Part shown: in pieces, positions 39,172-52,187 of the stretch
How the letters are laid out: every line of letters begins with the position of its first letter
How positions within the stretch are numbered: the stretch's first letter is position 1
NCBI GenBank assembly: GCA_951406725.2
Contig: OX597814.1
Span: 120,528,001-120,592,000 of the forward strand
Direction of reading: 5' to 3'
DNA length: 64,000 nucleotides
Source of the DNA: Octopus vulgaris
Lineage: Eukaryota
The notes under the pieces: generated by a model
The model's database searches: none
Told to the model about the DNA's origin: nothing
The model's input: only the letters and a program-made list of their open reading frames with translations
Made by a program: the position numbers and the translations under genes

Positions 39172-39310
39172 TCATTCGCAATGATTGATCGCTAGCCACT
39201 ACACATTCTTTATTTTCTCTCCTTGTTTCTTTCTGTGTTCCTTTCTGTGGAAGAGCGTAGGCTCAAAACCTTAAAAACGTTTTCACTTCCCAAGCGTTAT
39301 ACTAATACGA
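39172..39310 (+). mobile_element. PLE terminal-repeat-like fragment with decayed HHR
   Basis: Inverted homologue of 9855-9985; CTTT CTGTGGA A GAGC-GTAG-GCTC AAAA CC TT AAA at 39241-39275. Confidence 0.55.
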
Positions 39311-39455
39311 CCATATGTCAAAGATTAATTTAGAAATATTATTGTTATTGATAACAGACTACGCGTGTCCACATGAAGATATCTATATATCTACCTACCT
39401 GTCTATCTATCTGCATCTCTGCCTGTCTGTCTGCCTCTGTGTTTGTGCGTGTGTG

Positions 39456-39537
<82 letters not shown>

Positions 39538-40081
39538 TGCACACTAAGTATATTATATGAACGTTTGTATATATCTTTATGCATGTATGAGAGTAAAAGC
39601 GAGAGAAGAAATAACACATAAAAACACATTAGAAGAACGCACCGAAAATCGAGAAAACTTGGGAAAAACATAATGCGCAGAATGCAAACCCTCCAAAAAT
39701 TATAATCATGGAATGTGTATACATATATATATATTGGTGTTTGTGTGTGTGTGTGTGTAAAGAAGGAAATTTTATAAGAATTTCTACCCTTTGGATTTTA
39801 AGAATAAGAAGTAGCAAAAAGCGAAACATAAACTAAAGCAAGTATACTAAAGTACGCCTTCATTTTTATATCTATCTACGTGTGAATGTACATATTGTTA
39901 TATTACCTATATATATATATATATATACATACAAACATATATATATATATATACATTCCGTGATTCTGTTTGTTTTTTTTCATTCTACGCATTATGTTCT
40001 TTCCTAGCTTTCTCAATTTGGTGTCCGCCTTTCTAATGTGTTTTTATGTGTTATTTCTTCTCTCGGTCTCCCTCTCATACA

Positions 40082-40141
<60 letters not shown>

Positions 40142-40210
40142 TATATACGTGCATACAATATATTTATTGTGTGTGTGTGTATATATATACATATATATAT
40201 ATCTATATAT

Positions 40211-40249
<39 letters not shown>

Positions 40250-40283
40250 GAGAGAGAAAGAAACAGAGGGAAAGACGGGGACG

Positions 40284-40342
<59 letters not shown>

Positions 40343-40421
40343 GTAGATAATTAGATAAATAGATGGACACACGTAATCTGTTATCAATAATTATATTTCT
40401 AAACTAATTCTTAACTTATGG
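39311..40421. repeat. Diverged long inverted repeat (arms about 39311-39720 and 39951-40421)
   Basis: Unique blocks 39311-39370 / 40365-40421 and 39580-39720 / 39951-40085 are reverse complements; the microsatellites between them are mirrored. Confidence 0.8.
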
Positions 40422-41081
40422 CAAACACATGTACTTTCTGGGGACGAAGATGTATTAACTTTAATTCATTACCATACTTTCGAAGTATTAACATGGGCAT
40501 CATTACAAAGTCATATTCGGTTAGATATTGAAATTGACGTTTTATTGATAAATATTGTTTTCCTCTCATTGCGTCCCAGTTTTCCATCATTTTTTTCTAA
40601 ATAGCCTTACACATCGTATATAAATTAGTTTCCCCAAATACCACAAGTATATTATGCCTCATTCATTTTTCTGCAGCTTTTTTTTTTTATGAAAATGTTG
40701 GTATTTAAGGAGTTCTATATTGTGATAATAGTTTGCCACACAACAAACCTTTTCGAACTTGTCATCTTCCTCAATATCTCTTTAGCCTGCCATTACACTC
40801 TGCAACGTTACGTCTTGAACATAATCGTTAGCGTTCTATGTCATCAACCATGTACTTAGGCCATTAGAGTTGCAGGTTATCTGTCATTTCTCAACCGGAA
40901 CCTGAGGTATATATGCTATCTGTTTTGTTTTAGCATCTACATATGACTTCCATGTTTAATCGTTTATTTTTCAGGGCACTTCTATAGAGGAGGAAAGCAT
41001 CTCTTATATATATTTTAGCATCTAGCTTTGTTTTACGATGAACCATTTAGTGCATTGCAAATTCTGACTTTCAGCAAGTGT

Positions 41082-41133
<52 letters not shown>

Positions 41134-41156
41134 ATGTGTGTGTGTGTGTGTATGTG

Positions 41157-41210
<54 letters not shown>

Positions 41211-42061
41211 TATATATGGGCGCTCGTGTGTAAATATGTGAGTCTATGTATATTGCATTTATGGAAGAATTTAGACTGAGAATGTGTAGATCTAAATGGA
41301 ATATTTATCACCCGGTTCATGTTAATTTGATATTTTGTTCTTTAGTCCTATGGCTATGTCATATTTATCATCGTTCACGTGTATGTTCCATAACAATCCA
41401 TGTTCTTGCTATTACAATGGGTTGGCAGATACTATAAGGTCTCACATAATATGCTTGGTGGTGTTACACCTGACCCTTTAAGTTTCGAGTCTAAATCCCG
41501 AATGGTAATCTTTATGATTTACCCCCCAGTCCTCGATAAAATTATGTGCCAGTGAAATATCAATTTCGATAGCATTGAGGGACCCCTTTCCATTAATTGT
41601 CCCCCTTCTGTTTAAATTTGGAAAGCAATAGTAAATGAGGCGAATTATTAGAAAGCCGAGCAAAAGGCCTTGCAGTATTTCTTAATCTATTTTTTCTCTT
41701 CCTTTCAGTGTTCAAAATTTTCCAGCGAATACTTTGTCTTTCAATCTGCATGTCCAGATAATACCTCTCAAGTACTGAAACCCATATAAACTTACAGAGG
41801 TTTTGTTTGAATTAGAAAAAAATATTAATTTTTCTGCTTGGTTAAATAATCTGATCTGTTTTAAATTGTTTTCAAAATTATACCGTGGACGAAAAACATG
41901 TCACCTCTATTTGTTTCATTCATCGTTGTGACATTTTCAGTCCGAGCATTCCTTTTTACGTGTGCTCAATGCAAATTTACGTTCGTATCCATATTGAACT
42001 GTGTGTATGTGAAAGTGGAGCAACGATTATTATAAAGGACACACTATTATTTATTTTTTAT

Positions 42062-42338
42062 GCGCCCTTTTCAAGCCCAGCCAGGCGCATAGCTCGGTTT
42101 CCCGGTTTCTATAGCGTATGTGCCCCCCCCCCCCAGCTGGACAGAACAGCGTTACTCAAGAAACAGGAAGAAAGAGTGAGAGAAAGTTGGGGTGAAAGAG
42201 TACAACAGGGGTCGCCACCACACACTGCCGAAGCCTCGTGCAGCTTTAGGTGTTTTCCCTCAATAAACACGACCCTCCGAAACCGCGACCCTCCGACCGC
42301 AAGTCCGCTGCCCTAACCACTGGGCCATTGCGCCTCCA
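42062..42338 (-). mobile_element. SINE family C, near full length
   Basis: Reverse complement of 17019-17337; head GGAGGCGCAATGGCCCAGTGGTTAGGGCAGCGGACT. Confidence 0.85.
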
Positions 42339-42624
42339 CATACAGGACACACGGTTAGTCATTATTATGATTTATAAACTGCTGACTTCTTTGAATTTTT
42401 GGTTTTATGCAATCATGTGTTTTATTATGTAACTGTACATTTAGACTGTTACTATGCCAGCCGGCCTATATTAATTAATATATATTTACAAGAAACTAGA
42501 ATCCGTCGTGTCACAATTTTGCTCTTCAAAATCTTACGGCATACATTCAGTGGTCTAACATTTACGCATAAATCCAACTGTTTTTGAACGGTGGGCATCC
42601 GTTGATATCAAAGACTCTACTATT

Positions 42625-42770
42625 TGAGTGGTACTTTGATTTATCGACCATGAAACTATGAAAAGCAAATCTGACGCCGTGGGGAATTTAACGATGAATA
42701 TAAAATGTTGGAACAAATATCGCAAAACATCTATCGGTTCGCGCTAATGATTCTGTCAGTTTGCCACCTT
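42625..42770 (-). mobile_element. SINE family A, highly diverged
   Basis: ggtactttgatttatcgacc...atgaaaagcaaat...gctaatgattctgtcagtttgcc. Confidence 0.55.
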
Positions 42771-43347
42771 CTGGCTTAAACACATTCGCAGTCGTTCAAA
42801 ATTTTACAGGATATATCTTTAAATTAAATTAATTTAGACAAGCTGCGCCAGTCGAATTACTGTGGAATTATGTATTAATGTTAGATAAAAAAAACATGGA
42901 CATCACGTAAGTAAACAAAAACCCACTGGTTTTACAAATGAATATTCATTTTTCGATCTTCTGAACTGTCTGTTCAATTGAATTAGCAAGTAAGCGGTTG
43001 AGTATTCCAACTGTTACTTAAAGAGAGCTTCAAGTGGAATGCAAATGCTGTATTACAATGTTACCGCATTCATTTACAACAAATACAGATATAAAGTGAT
43101 CGAAAAATTTCCAACAGGAAATGTCGAACCAATTTCAATCGCAACAATTCATTTCACATTATGCTAAGAATAAAATTATTTTTCCCGAGGAGCAAGGCAT
43201 TGTAACCGAACACATGGTCTTTTGATGGTGTACTAATCACTCAGTATTGGGCTAAGCTACTTTAAGTGTGTGTGCGCGTGTGCCATTTACACGTACATGA
43301 AATAAAAGTAACACAAAATACAAAAACATGTACACACATATATATAC

Positions 43348-43416
<69 letters not shown>

Positions 43417-43441
43417 TGTATTTATATATATGTATATATAT

Positions 43442-43489
<48 letters not shown>

Positions 43490-43497
43490 TCTATAAT

Positions 43498-43529
<32 letters not shown>

Positions 43530-43535
43530 TATCTA

Positions 43536-43578
<43 letters not shown>

Positions 43579-43580
<2 letters not shown>

Positions 43581-43815
43581 AGGCGCGTGGTTTAGTGGTT
43601 GGGTTGTTGAACTCATGACCGTACGGTTGAGGTTTCGATTCCTGGACCGGGCGATGCGTTGTAAAACACTTCATTTCATGTTGCTCCAGTCGTCTCAGGT
43701 GGCAAAAATGTGTAACCCTGCGACGGACTGGCGTCCCGTCCAGGTGAGGAATTTCTACGCCACTGAAACCGGGTAACCGGCCCTTATGAGCCTGGCATGA
43801 CTCGAGAAGGAACAT
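43579..43815 (+). mobile_element. tRNA-derived SINE related to family C (shared 3' tail)
   Basis: Head GGAGGCGCGTGGTTTAGTGG...GTTTCGATTCC; tail gacggactggcgtcccgtccagg...gaaaccgg...atgagcctggc. Confidence 0.85.
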
Positions 43816-44467
43816 TTATCTATATACATATAAAGGTGTGTATAATATTTAACATCACAATGGAGATGAGATTAAAAATCAACTTCATTATTTACAGAAT
43901 TTTTTTCAGAAATCAGAATGTCTCCATTTAATTGTTTGAATTCCGAAATCGTTGTCTGAGACCTATTTCTGACTCATTATAAGTTAATTATATAAAAAAA
44001 AGGTGGGGATATCGTGAGTCATGATGAATATTATATTTTGTGGTATTAGCGCGGGAAATTATATTTCACGGGATTTTGGGTATCGTACAATTTTGTCGTA
44101 GATGTTTTGATTCGGAATTAAACAAACACTCTGAAACAGACATACAATGGCCAAACTCGGTGAAAGAAATATTAAAAAATAAGAGGAAATAAATGACATG
44201 AAATAGGCTGTCAAACTAAATTAAGAATTTAGTATGATGTTTTGCGTGGGTCGTTGTCATGTAATAACTTTTAATTAACAAATCTCTTAAATTTGTGACT
44301 GCATATCTTGGCTGGTAAAGAAACGAAAGGAAAATCGGAAACATTGCACGCTAGTGTGTTTATCTACTGGTTTACGTCAATCATTTTTATAAATTTAGTT
44401 CTCTCTCCTCTCATCTCCCTCTTACTCTCTCTTTCCCTGTCTCTCTCTATATATATATGTATGTGTT

Positions 44468-44552
<85 letters not shown>

Positions 44553-44609
44553 GTGTGTGTGTATGTACGTATATCTATCTTACATACATAAACACACATA
44601 TATGTAATA

Positions 44610-45134
44610 CTAGTATTATAACCTGATTTCACTCGGGTCTACTCGGGCCACATTTTAAAAATGAGGAATTTAAAGAAAAACGAAAATTTTATTAAAAATG
44701 AAAAAAGAAAACGAGGGCAAAAAGCACTTGGCTTTTCACAATGAAAAATCGTTTCCTTGTAGCCGGAATTTCGCGACAAAATATAAGTTTATTATTATGC
44801 ACAAAAGCCTTCAATGCATGCCGCTGGGTATTAAAAGCCAATCGCACAAACCTAGAGGGGCTCTGGACCCCGTCGAATAGATTAAACATCATTCTTTTTG
44901 CCATAGCAACCACGTCTTTATAGCAACCACGTCTTTATAGCAACCACGTCTTTATAGCAACCACGTCTTTATAGCAACCACGTCTTTATAGCAACCACGT
45001 CCTCACCACGCATTTAGTATCCCTGCCAAATTTCAGCTCGATCCTAGCCTCAGTTTGGCCGCCATTAACCGTCAAATCAAAATGTGCTTACAATTTTCGT
45101 CCAAGGACTGTTTTATCGATATAAATAAAGAAGA
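44610..45134 (-). mobile_element. Complete non-autonomous Helitron
   Basis: On the minus strand: A|TC 5' end at 45134, subterminal hairpin ACCcGA-gtgaaa-TCaGGT, and CTAG|T 3' end at 44610. This is the canonical AT insertion with no TSD. Confidence 0.75.
44903..45001 (+). repeat. 17-bp perfect tandem repeat ATAGCAACCACGTCTTT x5.8
   Basis: Units start at 44903, 44920, 44937, 44954, 44971 and 44988. Confidence 0.97.
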
Positions 45135-45952
45135 TTTCTCTATGGAATATCTCGAAGGACATGCGTGAAGCTATGGAGGTATAGCATGTAAACATCGGGT
45201 TAATAAACAATTCTGGATACAGAAAATCAAGGGCAATGCTATATCACTCAGATAAGAAAAATTAGTGAAATGTATTTTATAAATCATTGTCTAGTCTGCA
45301 TGTTTTCTCATTCATTTTGCATAACCTGTACACCTATAAAAGGCTCATACTTTTCTAGCTGCTTTAAGATTCCTTTAAAATAAACCAGAAATATTGAAAA
45401 AAAAATGGCATAATTGTATGAAAATATATACATAAGACTATCTCTGGTTTTGAAGAAATTCTCTCTCCAATTGAGAAAACACTTGAAGCTTAACGAACAC
45501 CATATTTATGAGGAACACCTGGAGTTAGATCATTATTCTCCCAAACAATTAACGAACACTAAAACAACAATTGATATATATATTTTTTGAAAACTCTTCG
45601 TCTAGTTTAACTCTCTTCGTCTACACTCATGAAGTAGTATGCTCCAAAAGTATCAGAATTGAACTACTTTTTTCTTTTAGCGTAAATCTTACACACGATG
45701 TTACACTTACATAATTTTTAGTTTTACTCTATAGAAATTAATAAGTAATTAGTAGATGACTCATTCCTGACATTCAAACACCTGGGCAGGTGAATTGAAG
45801 CAAAGGCGATACTTGAAAATAGTGTGAAGATGAATGCTTATTATTACGATGAATTAATAAAAAGCTGAGAGAGCAATTTATTAAATCACATACAAGCATA
45901 CGCATTACGCATAGACGAACACAGGTATATACATACATAGACACACATATAG

Positions 45953-46029
<77 letters not shown>

Positions 46030-46041
46030 TACATATACATA

Positions 46042-46305
46042 TATTTGTAATAAAATATGTGACAATTATTCGGTTGCCATAATAAAAATCCCAGTTTCAG
46101 AGATGTCGGGGCGGACATCTTCACCGGCATCTCTTCCGTTATCGATGCAATAAGAGATGCCGGTGTGCAGGTTTCTGCCCCGATATCTCTGAAACTGGGA
46201 TTTTTATTATGGAAACCGAATAATTGTTGCGTATTATATTACAAATAAATTCCTCTATTTACGTAATATCGACTTCTCTTTCATTCTTTTGCTGTCTTAC
46301 TATTA
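46042..46305. mobile_element. Palindromic pair of PLE terminal-repeat fragments
   Basis: Arms 46042-46135 and 46152-46247 with a 16-nt spacer. Similar to the 3' repeat (24961-25055) and inverted tail (23491-23545) of the Naiad-like PLE. Confidence 0.75.
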
Positions 46306-46307
46306 AT

Positions 46308-46363
<56 letters not shown>

Positions 46364-46448
46364 TTTATATGTGTGTGTATATACATATATATATATACAT
46401 GCGTATATATATGTATGTATATAAATATATATATATACATATATATGT

Positions 46449-46521
<73 letters not shown>

Positions 46522-46778
46522 TGTGTGTGTATATAGGAGTATATATGCCACCAGAACACAATATGAATATGATTAGAAAACGCCTTGTATTATTTAGTAA
46601 TTGCATCATCTTTATTAAGCATAATTATCTTCACTATAGAAAGAAAAGGAGAGATGCTAAAGCTCTACGGTCTTTCAAACACCTGGGCGTGTGATTGCAA
46701 AGACGTCTTCAAAAATGCATCTTTACGTTAAAAATTAAGATAATGTTATTAACTTGAAACATGATAATTGTTCTTAAA

Positions 46779-46835
<57 letters not shown>

Positions 46836-46839
<4 letters not shown>

Positions 46840-47245
46840 CCAAAGAGGGTACGGACGTCGCTATATATTATATGTAGAAAAATACAAACTGGGACAAGAA
46901 CGTAAAACATTTAGAAGACGATACAAAAAACACGGACGGGCGGATCATCTATATTTTGTCCTGTTTTTACTATTATTGTATTTTATATTCGTATGGCAAC
47001 GGCCATTTTCCTGTCCTCGTTTCGTATACATTCGATCCTTTTTCCAAGAAATCTAATACTCGTAGCTTAGTATTTCCTTGGGGCTGGCCGGATCGGAGCG
47101 ATCTCAAGATTAATCAGCCGAAATTGCTAGGATGATCCGGTTCTTGACTGAAGATTGAAGGCTTCGAATGTCTCGTCCGTGTTTTTTGTATCGTCTTCTA
47201 AATGTTTTAGGTTCTTGTCCCAGTTTGTATTTTTTTACATTTACA
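46836..47245. mobile_element. ORF-less insert with 67-bp inverted repeats in (TA)n
   Basis: 46872-46938 and 47174-47240 are near-perfect reverse complements; the architecture resembles the PLE-type inversions elsewhere in the window. Confidence 0.55.
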
Positions 47246-47261
47246 CACATACATATATATA

Positions 47262-47482
47262 TAGTTAATCGAAACATGAAAACAGAAAGAGAAAACACAA
47301 CAATGCGAGGACGTGGAACAAGTATAGTATTATTCGACGCTCAGGAAAGAAGGATAGAAGTTTTAAGATAGAAGGATTAAAGTTTCCAGTGGGGCTCTTC
47401 GTCAGAAACACATGAGAAAGAAAAGATCCAAAGAAGGGAAGACGGATGAAAAAAAATCGTCAACGGTACACACGCGGTCACA
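47262..47482 (-). mobile_element. PLE terminal-repeat-like fragment with decayed HHR
   Basis: Homologous to 38970-39150; minus strand reads TGTTT CTGACGA A GAGC CCC ACTG GAAA CT TT AA (47378-47410). Confidence 0.6.
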
Positions 47483-50416
47483 ATTTCAATATATATACAT
47501 CACTAGAATACCAAATCATTATGCATGATTGTGTATAGCGATGTATTACATTCCAATCACAATGTTTTTAATAAGCTGACAGAAATAAAACTATAGAAAT
47601 GAAACACGAAAGTATATAATAAGAATTTCGAAGGCAGGTCCTCATTAATTTCTGAATAGTTTACTTGAGGCATTTTTAAGTCGCTTCCTCTCTTCCACGG
47701 AGAAACTGTATATGTCACCGATAAAGCAAGGATATTATTAACAACAAAAGTAAATTTATACTTTGCAGCTATGTTTACGGGCGGTAAATAGTAACTTGCT
47801 CGGTTGTGGATCAAATACACACACGTCAGATACGAGGGGTTTAATAGCATAGCCAGAATTTTAACTGAACTTCAGGAAATATGTTTGAAGGATGGAAATC
47901 GTATAATTTTTAAGAGGAAATAGTTGGTATCTAATATTCTTCTTACTCCTCTACTGCGTCCTATGTCTTAAATACAATATATGGTGTGTAATAAAATCAA
48001 ATCAATGAAACAAACACCATATTGGCCGACTGATACATCATACCACCTGCACTGTATTAATTTTTTTCTTTTTTCGTTTGTATTTTTTTAAAATTTAAAT
48101 TAGCTTGTAAATGCTAGTGGTTAGCTATGATCCCTTTGGTGGAATTTCTTTTTCATCCCGATTGCAAATTTCACATTTTAAACAATTATGTAATATGAGA
48201 AAGAAGTTGACGAAAGGAGTGTAGTAATGTTCTAAATGATTTGGGGGATATTTGTTTTAACAGGCGATTATAACTGGTTTAAATATTTTTGAAATAAGCG
48301 TGGAATATGTTAATGGTTCATTTGTAATTAATTTTGGGGTGCTAACATATATACCGTAGCAATTACATACTGGCTGTTGTATTCGTTAATTTGGCTGCGG
48401 AATATATGAATTACATATTTTTCTGATTTGCACATATTTCATATAGAAATGTAGCTCTTATACACGATTTAGTCGTGTATATACTCATGGGTAATGGATA
48501 TTTCGGAAGGAGTTGTCTGAAAAGCTAGAAACGTTTTGCAACACATTTTAGCTTTAACTTTGGTGCATGTTTGTTCGTACGAAATATCATTACTCTTCCT
48601 TGTATAAGACAGTAAATAATCCTCCAATATTTGACCAGTTAATATCTCTCAGTTTCTCGTCTCAGTATCTAATGGGCTTAACGTTTTTGTTCTTTCTCTC
48701 TCTCTCTTTCTCTTCCTCCTTCTCTTTTCCTCCGCTTATTTACGTAGTTTGATTTCTAGGCATTTCGTACTCTCGAGAATTCAATTAAACCAATATTTCT
48801 CTTTTACTTTAATGTCACGAGGAAAACAAAAACATCGGATATTTGATTTCATTCGTCTAGTGGCTCAGTCATTTGATTACGACTTCGTTTACGTCCAGAT
48901 GACTTTAATGAAGTAAGTGATGAATGGTTCTCTTTGACCCTCATTTTCTACACTCTGGTTCACTGCAAAATACATTTTTTTAATGTTATATAAACCATTC
49001 ATTTCATCAATAATTTCCAACTTGTTACATTATACCAAAAATTCACCTACGTAGATTTTTCTCACTAAAAACCTTATTCAACTTCCTGGCCTTAAATATG
49101 GTGAAATATCGCATCGCTTGTTCGAAGAAGAACATATTTTCCACGCAATGCATTTACAAAGAAATAGTTGTTCAGTGGGTATATTGAAACCTAATTATTT
49201 TATAAGCATTCACCTGTGTACATGATAAACGTACAAATGATGTTCTTTTCTTCACTGGTAGTTGTGTATTATTACTCCAATATGTAGCTACAATTCTAGG
49301 GTTTTAAATGACTGACAACTAATCAGAAACACGTAAAGTATTATGTGATCAAATTTAGATCGAAGTTGATCAATTTCTCAATACTTACATACACTAATGC
49401 ATCGCATATTAGAATCCTTCACTACTATCCAGAAAGTACTCCGTAATACAGAGAGCTATTTTAATCTGAGGAATCTGCAAGAGACTGCAAGTGTCTTTCG
49501 CACTAAACTTACAAATTTACACGCACTACACGCACACACACGCACACAAACATACTACACATACACACACTAACATAAAGCAAACATAGGTATACATGCA
49601 CACACACGCTTGCAAACAAACAGAAATACACACAGACGCCCGAGCACGCGCACTCTCACAACGTACAGACATATTTTCCTACATTTTCTAGTATTGCACA
49701 ATAGATTGCAAATATATCTGCTATATCCCGGACTAGATTTGTATAACCTGTAATATATTTATGTGTCCATATTTAAAAGCAATTGATCGTTTGATATTTT
49801 AAATAAAAGATATAAAACACAAGTTTTATTTTACATTATGTAACCAACTTTTGGTTAAGAGCATCTACGAGAAACAAACTCATTTAACCATTGGTAGTTT
49901 GGACTTTCTTAATAAATATTGATGGAAAAATCAGCAGTTTTGATATTGGGTTCAACTTGGCAAAGGAGTATATTAAGATATTAGAATCATTCGAGAGTTA
50001 CCGATCGTCTGTTTCCATAACTTCTCTAAGGAAATGGCGGAATTCCTTTCTTGTATATCATTACAAAGCTTTGAATGCATCGCTTTTCGCAGTATATTTC
50101 TTTCTTAAGATTTTAGTTATCAAGCTTTTAAAAATACTCCCCTTCTAAAGATACTATCAAAACAAAGTATAATATTGATTTCTACTTACTGAAAACAAAC
50201 CCTTTATAAAAATAATATTTAACATCACTATACGTTCAACAGTATAGTAAAAACCGTCCCTTTAATTATACATCAACTTTAATGCTTCATAATAGTTACG
50301 TTCACAAAATTTTCCACTCTGAAAATGTGACATTCCCCAGAAAATGTAACAATATTGCCCTTCTTAAGGACAAATTATCGAAATTGTTTTTTATATTTAT
50401 TTAAGAATTTACCACT

Positions 50417-50542
50417 GCTTGGCTGTGTGGTAAGGAGATTGTTTCACAACCATATGGTTCTAGGTCCAGTCTCACTGTGAATCGGATTGGGCGGATGTCT
50501 TCTGCTATAACCTCGGTTTACCAGAGTTTTGTGTGTGGATTT
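50417..50542 (+). mobile_element. SINE family B head, diverged
   Basis: tggctgtgtggtaaggag...tgtcttctgctataacctcgg...ttgtgtgtggattt; supplies the artefactual start of ORF 50529. Confidence 0.7.
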
Positions 50543-50546
50543 AAAT

Positions 50547-52187
50547 GACGATTTGGTCGGAATCTATATTCTCTATGAATTAGCCCACCAATTCCCGGAC
50601 ATCTGCGGCGGTCTGTATCGAGACGATTGTCTATTTTACCTACAGAATGCTCCGAACAGCATGATACAGAAGACTAAAAACAGATTAGCTAGATTGTTTA
50701 GCATGGGCATGAGCATAGTTTTCGACGACGAACTAACTAAAGCCAACTTCTTAAATGTTACCCTGAATCTGCATAACAATTCTTACTTCCTTTACCGTAA
50801 GCCTTCTACTAACCTTAAATATGTCAGCATTTTCAGTAACCATGCAAAAACTATCAACGATAATTTAGTTAAAAATATATCCTTAAGACTATCAAATTTA
50901 TCTGCGAATGTCGACGTTTTTAAACAAAAAGCGGAATTTTATAATGCCGCCTTGTCAAAATCCGGTTATAGGGATAAGGTATCATATATCGACCCGGCCC
51001 ATTCTAAACTAATATTTGCCCCTCGGGATAAGAAAACTAATAACAATATAAATAATGTAATTAATGATTTCAGCTCTAGCAACGCCGACACTAATATAAT
51101 TAACAAAAATAATTCACGGTCCAGGGGAGGCAATCGAAAACCAACACCAATTCTACAACACAGAAATACTCCCTTTAATGTAAATGTTAACACTCTGAGC
51201 CATTCTAAGTAAAAAAAAAACTATATCTGGTTTGTCATTCCTTTCGGGAAACAAATCAGGTCTAATCTCCCTTTACAGTTCCGTGAAGCCGTAGCTAGAA
51301 TCTTTCCCAGGAATTCTAGGTATTACTCTACTATCAATTCGCATAAGGTGAGGATTGCATTCTCCAACACTAGAAATCTATCGCAGATAATTGCCTCCCA
51401 TAATAATAAGCTGCTAAATAAGGACTCATCACCCAGGAGTAGCGACACTGTCCTTACCAATTCCAAACTAACATACAATAATAATAATAATATAAATAGT
51501 ATTGATATTAGCAACATTCATAGCAGCATTGGCGTTAACAATAGTAATAATGATAACATTAGCCGGATTATTAACAGTGGTGGTGTTAGTGGTAATAGTA
51601 ACAGCATTTCTAATAACAGTTGTATTATTGATGATAACAATCACAGCATTCCTATAGTCAGAGAAATTGCCGACGATATTACAATTAATAGTAATGATAA
51701 TAAGATGAATAGTATCGTGGCCAATAATAGCAAAAATATTTACACCTGTCATAACAATAAAATCTCTATTTTAGTATCGGAAGCTAACCCCAACAGATTA
51801 AAGTTATTATCCAAAAATTCCAAAATTAGAAACACCATTTACCAGTGCAAAATTTCTTCTGGAACCGATGTCTTCTACATTGGAGCAACTTCTTCTAAAT
51901 TAACCCAAAGGATCTCCAATCATTATTCAACTTTCCGAGATAAGAGAAAACAACACTGCACGGGACTAAGTAAATTAGTTTGGCGTCTGAAGGACAGCAA
52001 TACAACTTTCAAGCTGGAATGGTCCATATTGTCGGTGTCCTTTCCGTTTGATAAGGGCAGAAAACTTTGTGGCATCTGTAATTCCGAACTTTTTCATATT
52101 TTGTTCGCCAAAGTCCCTTTAATGAATACAATCGTCGAGAGGTCACACAGGTGCATGCACTGGCAAAAACACACCCTTGAATTTTAA
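50547..52187 (+). pseudogene. PLE RT plus GIY-YIG frame with one premature TAA (51210-51212)
   Basis: The track ORFs 50529..51212 and 51348..52187 are in the same frame and joined by KKNYIWFVIPFGK...; motifs DLVGIYIL, GLYRDD, NFLNVTLNL, YRKP, IYQCKI...FYIGAT, CGIC...CMH. Confidence 0.88.

Noticed and set aside
44903-45001. Short regular repeats as a possible CRISPR array
   Set aside because: Head-to-tail repeats with no spacers, in eukaryotic DNA.
47115-47180. Type I or type II hammerhead built from GAAA (47120) and CTGAAGA (47148)
   Set aside because: The required stems cannot be formed without consuming core residues.
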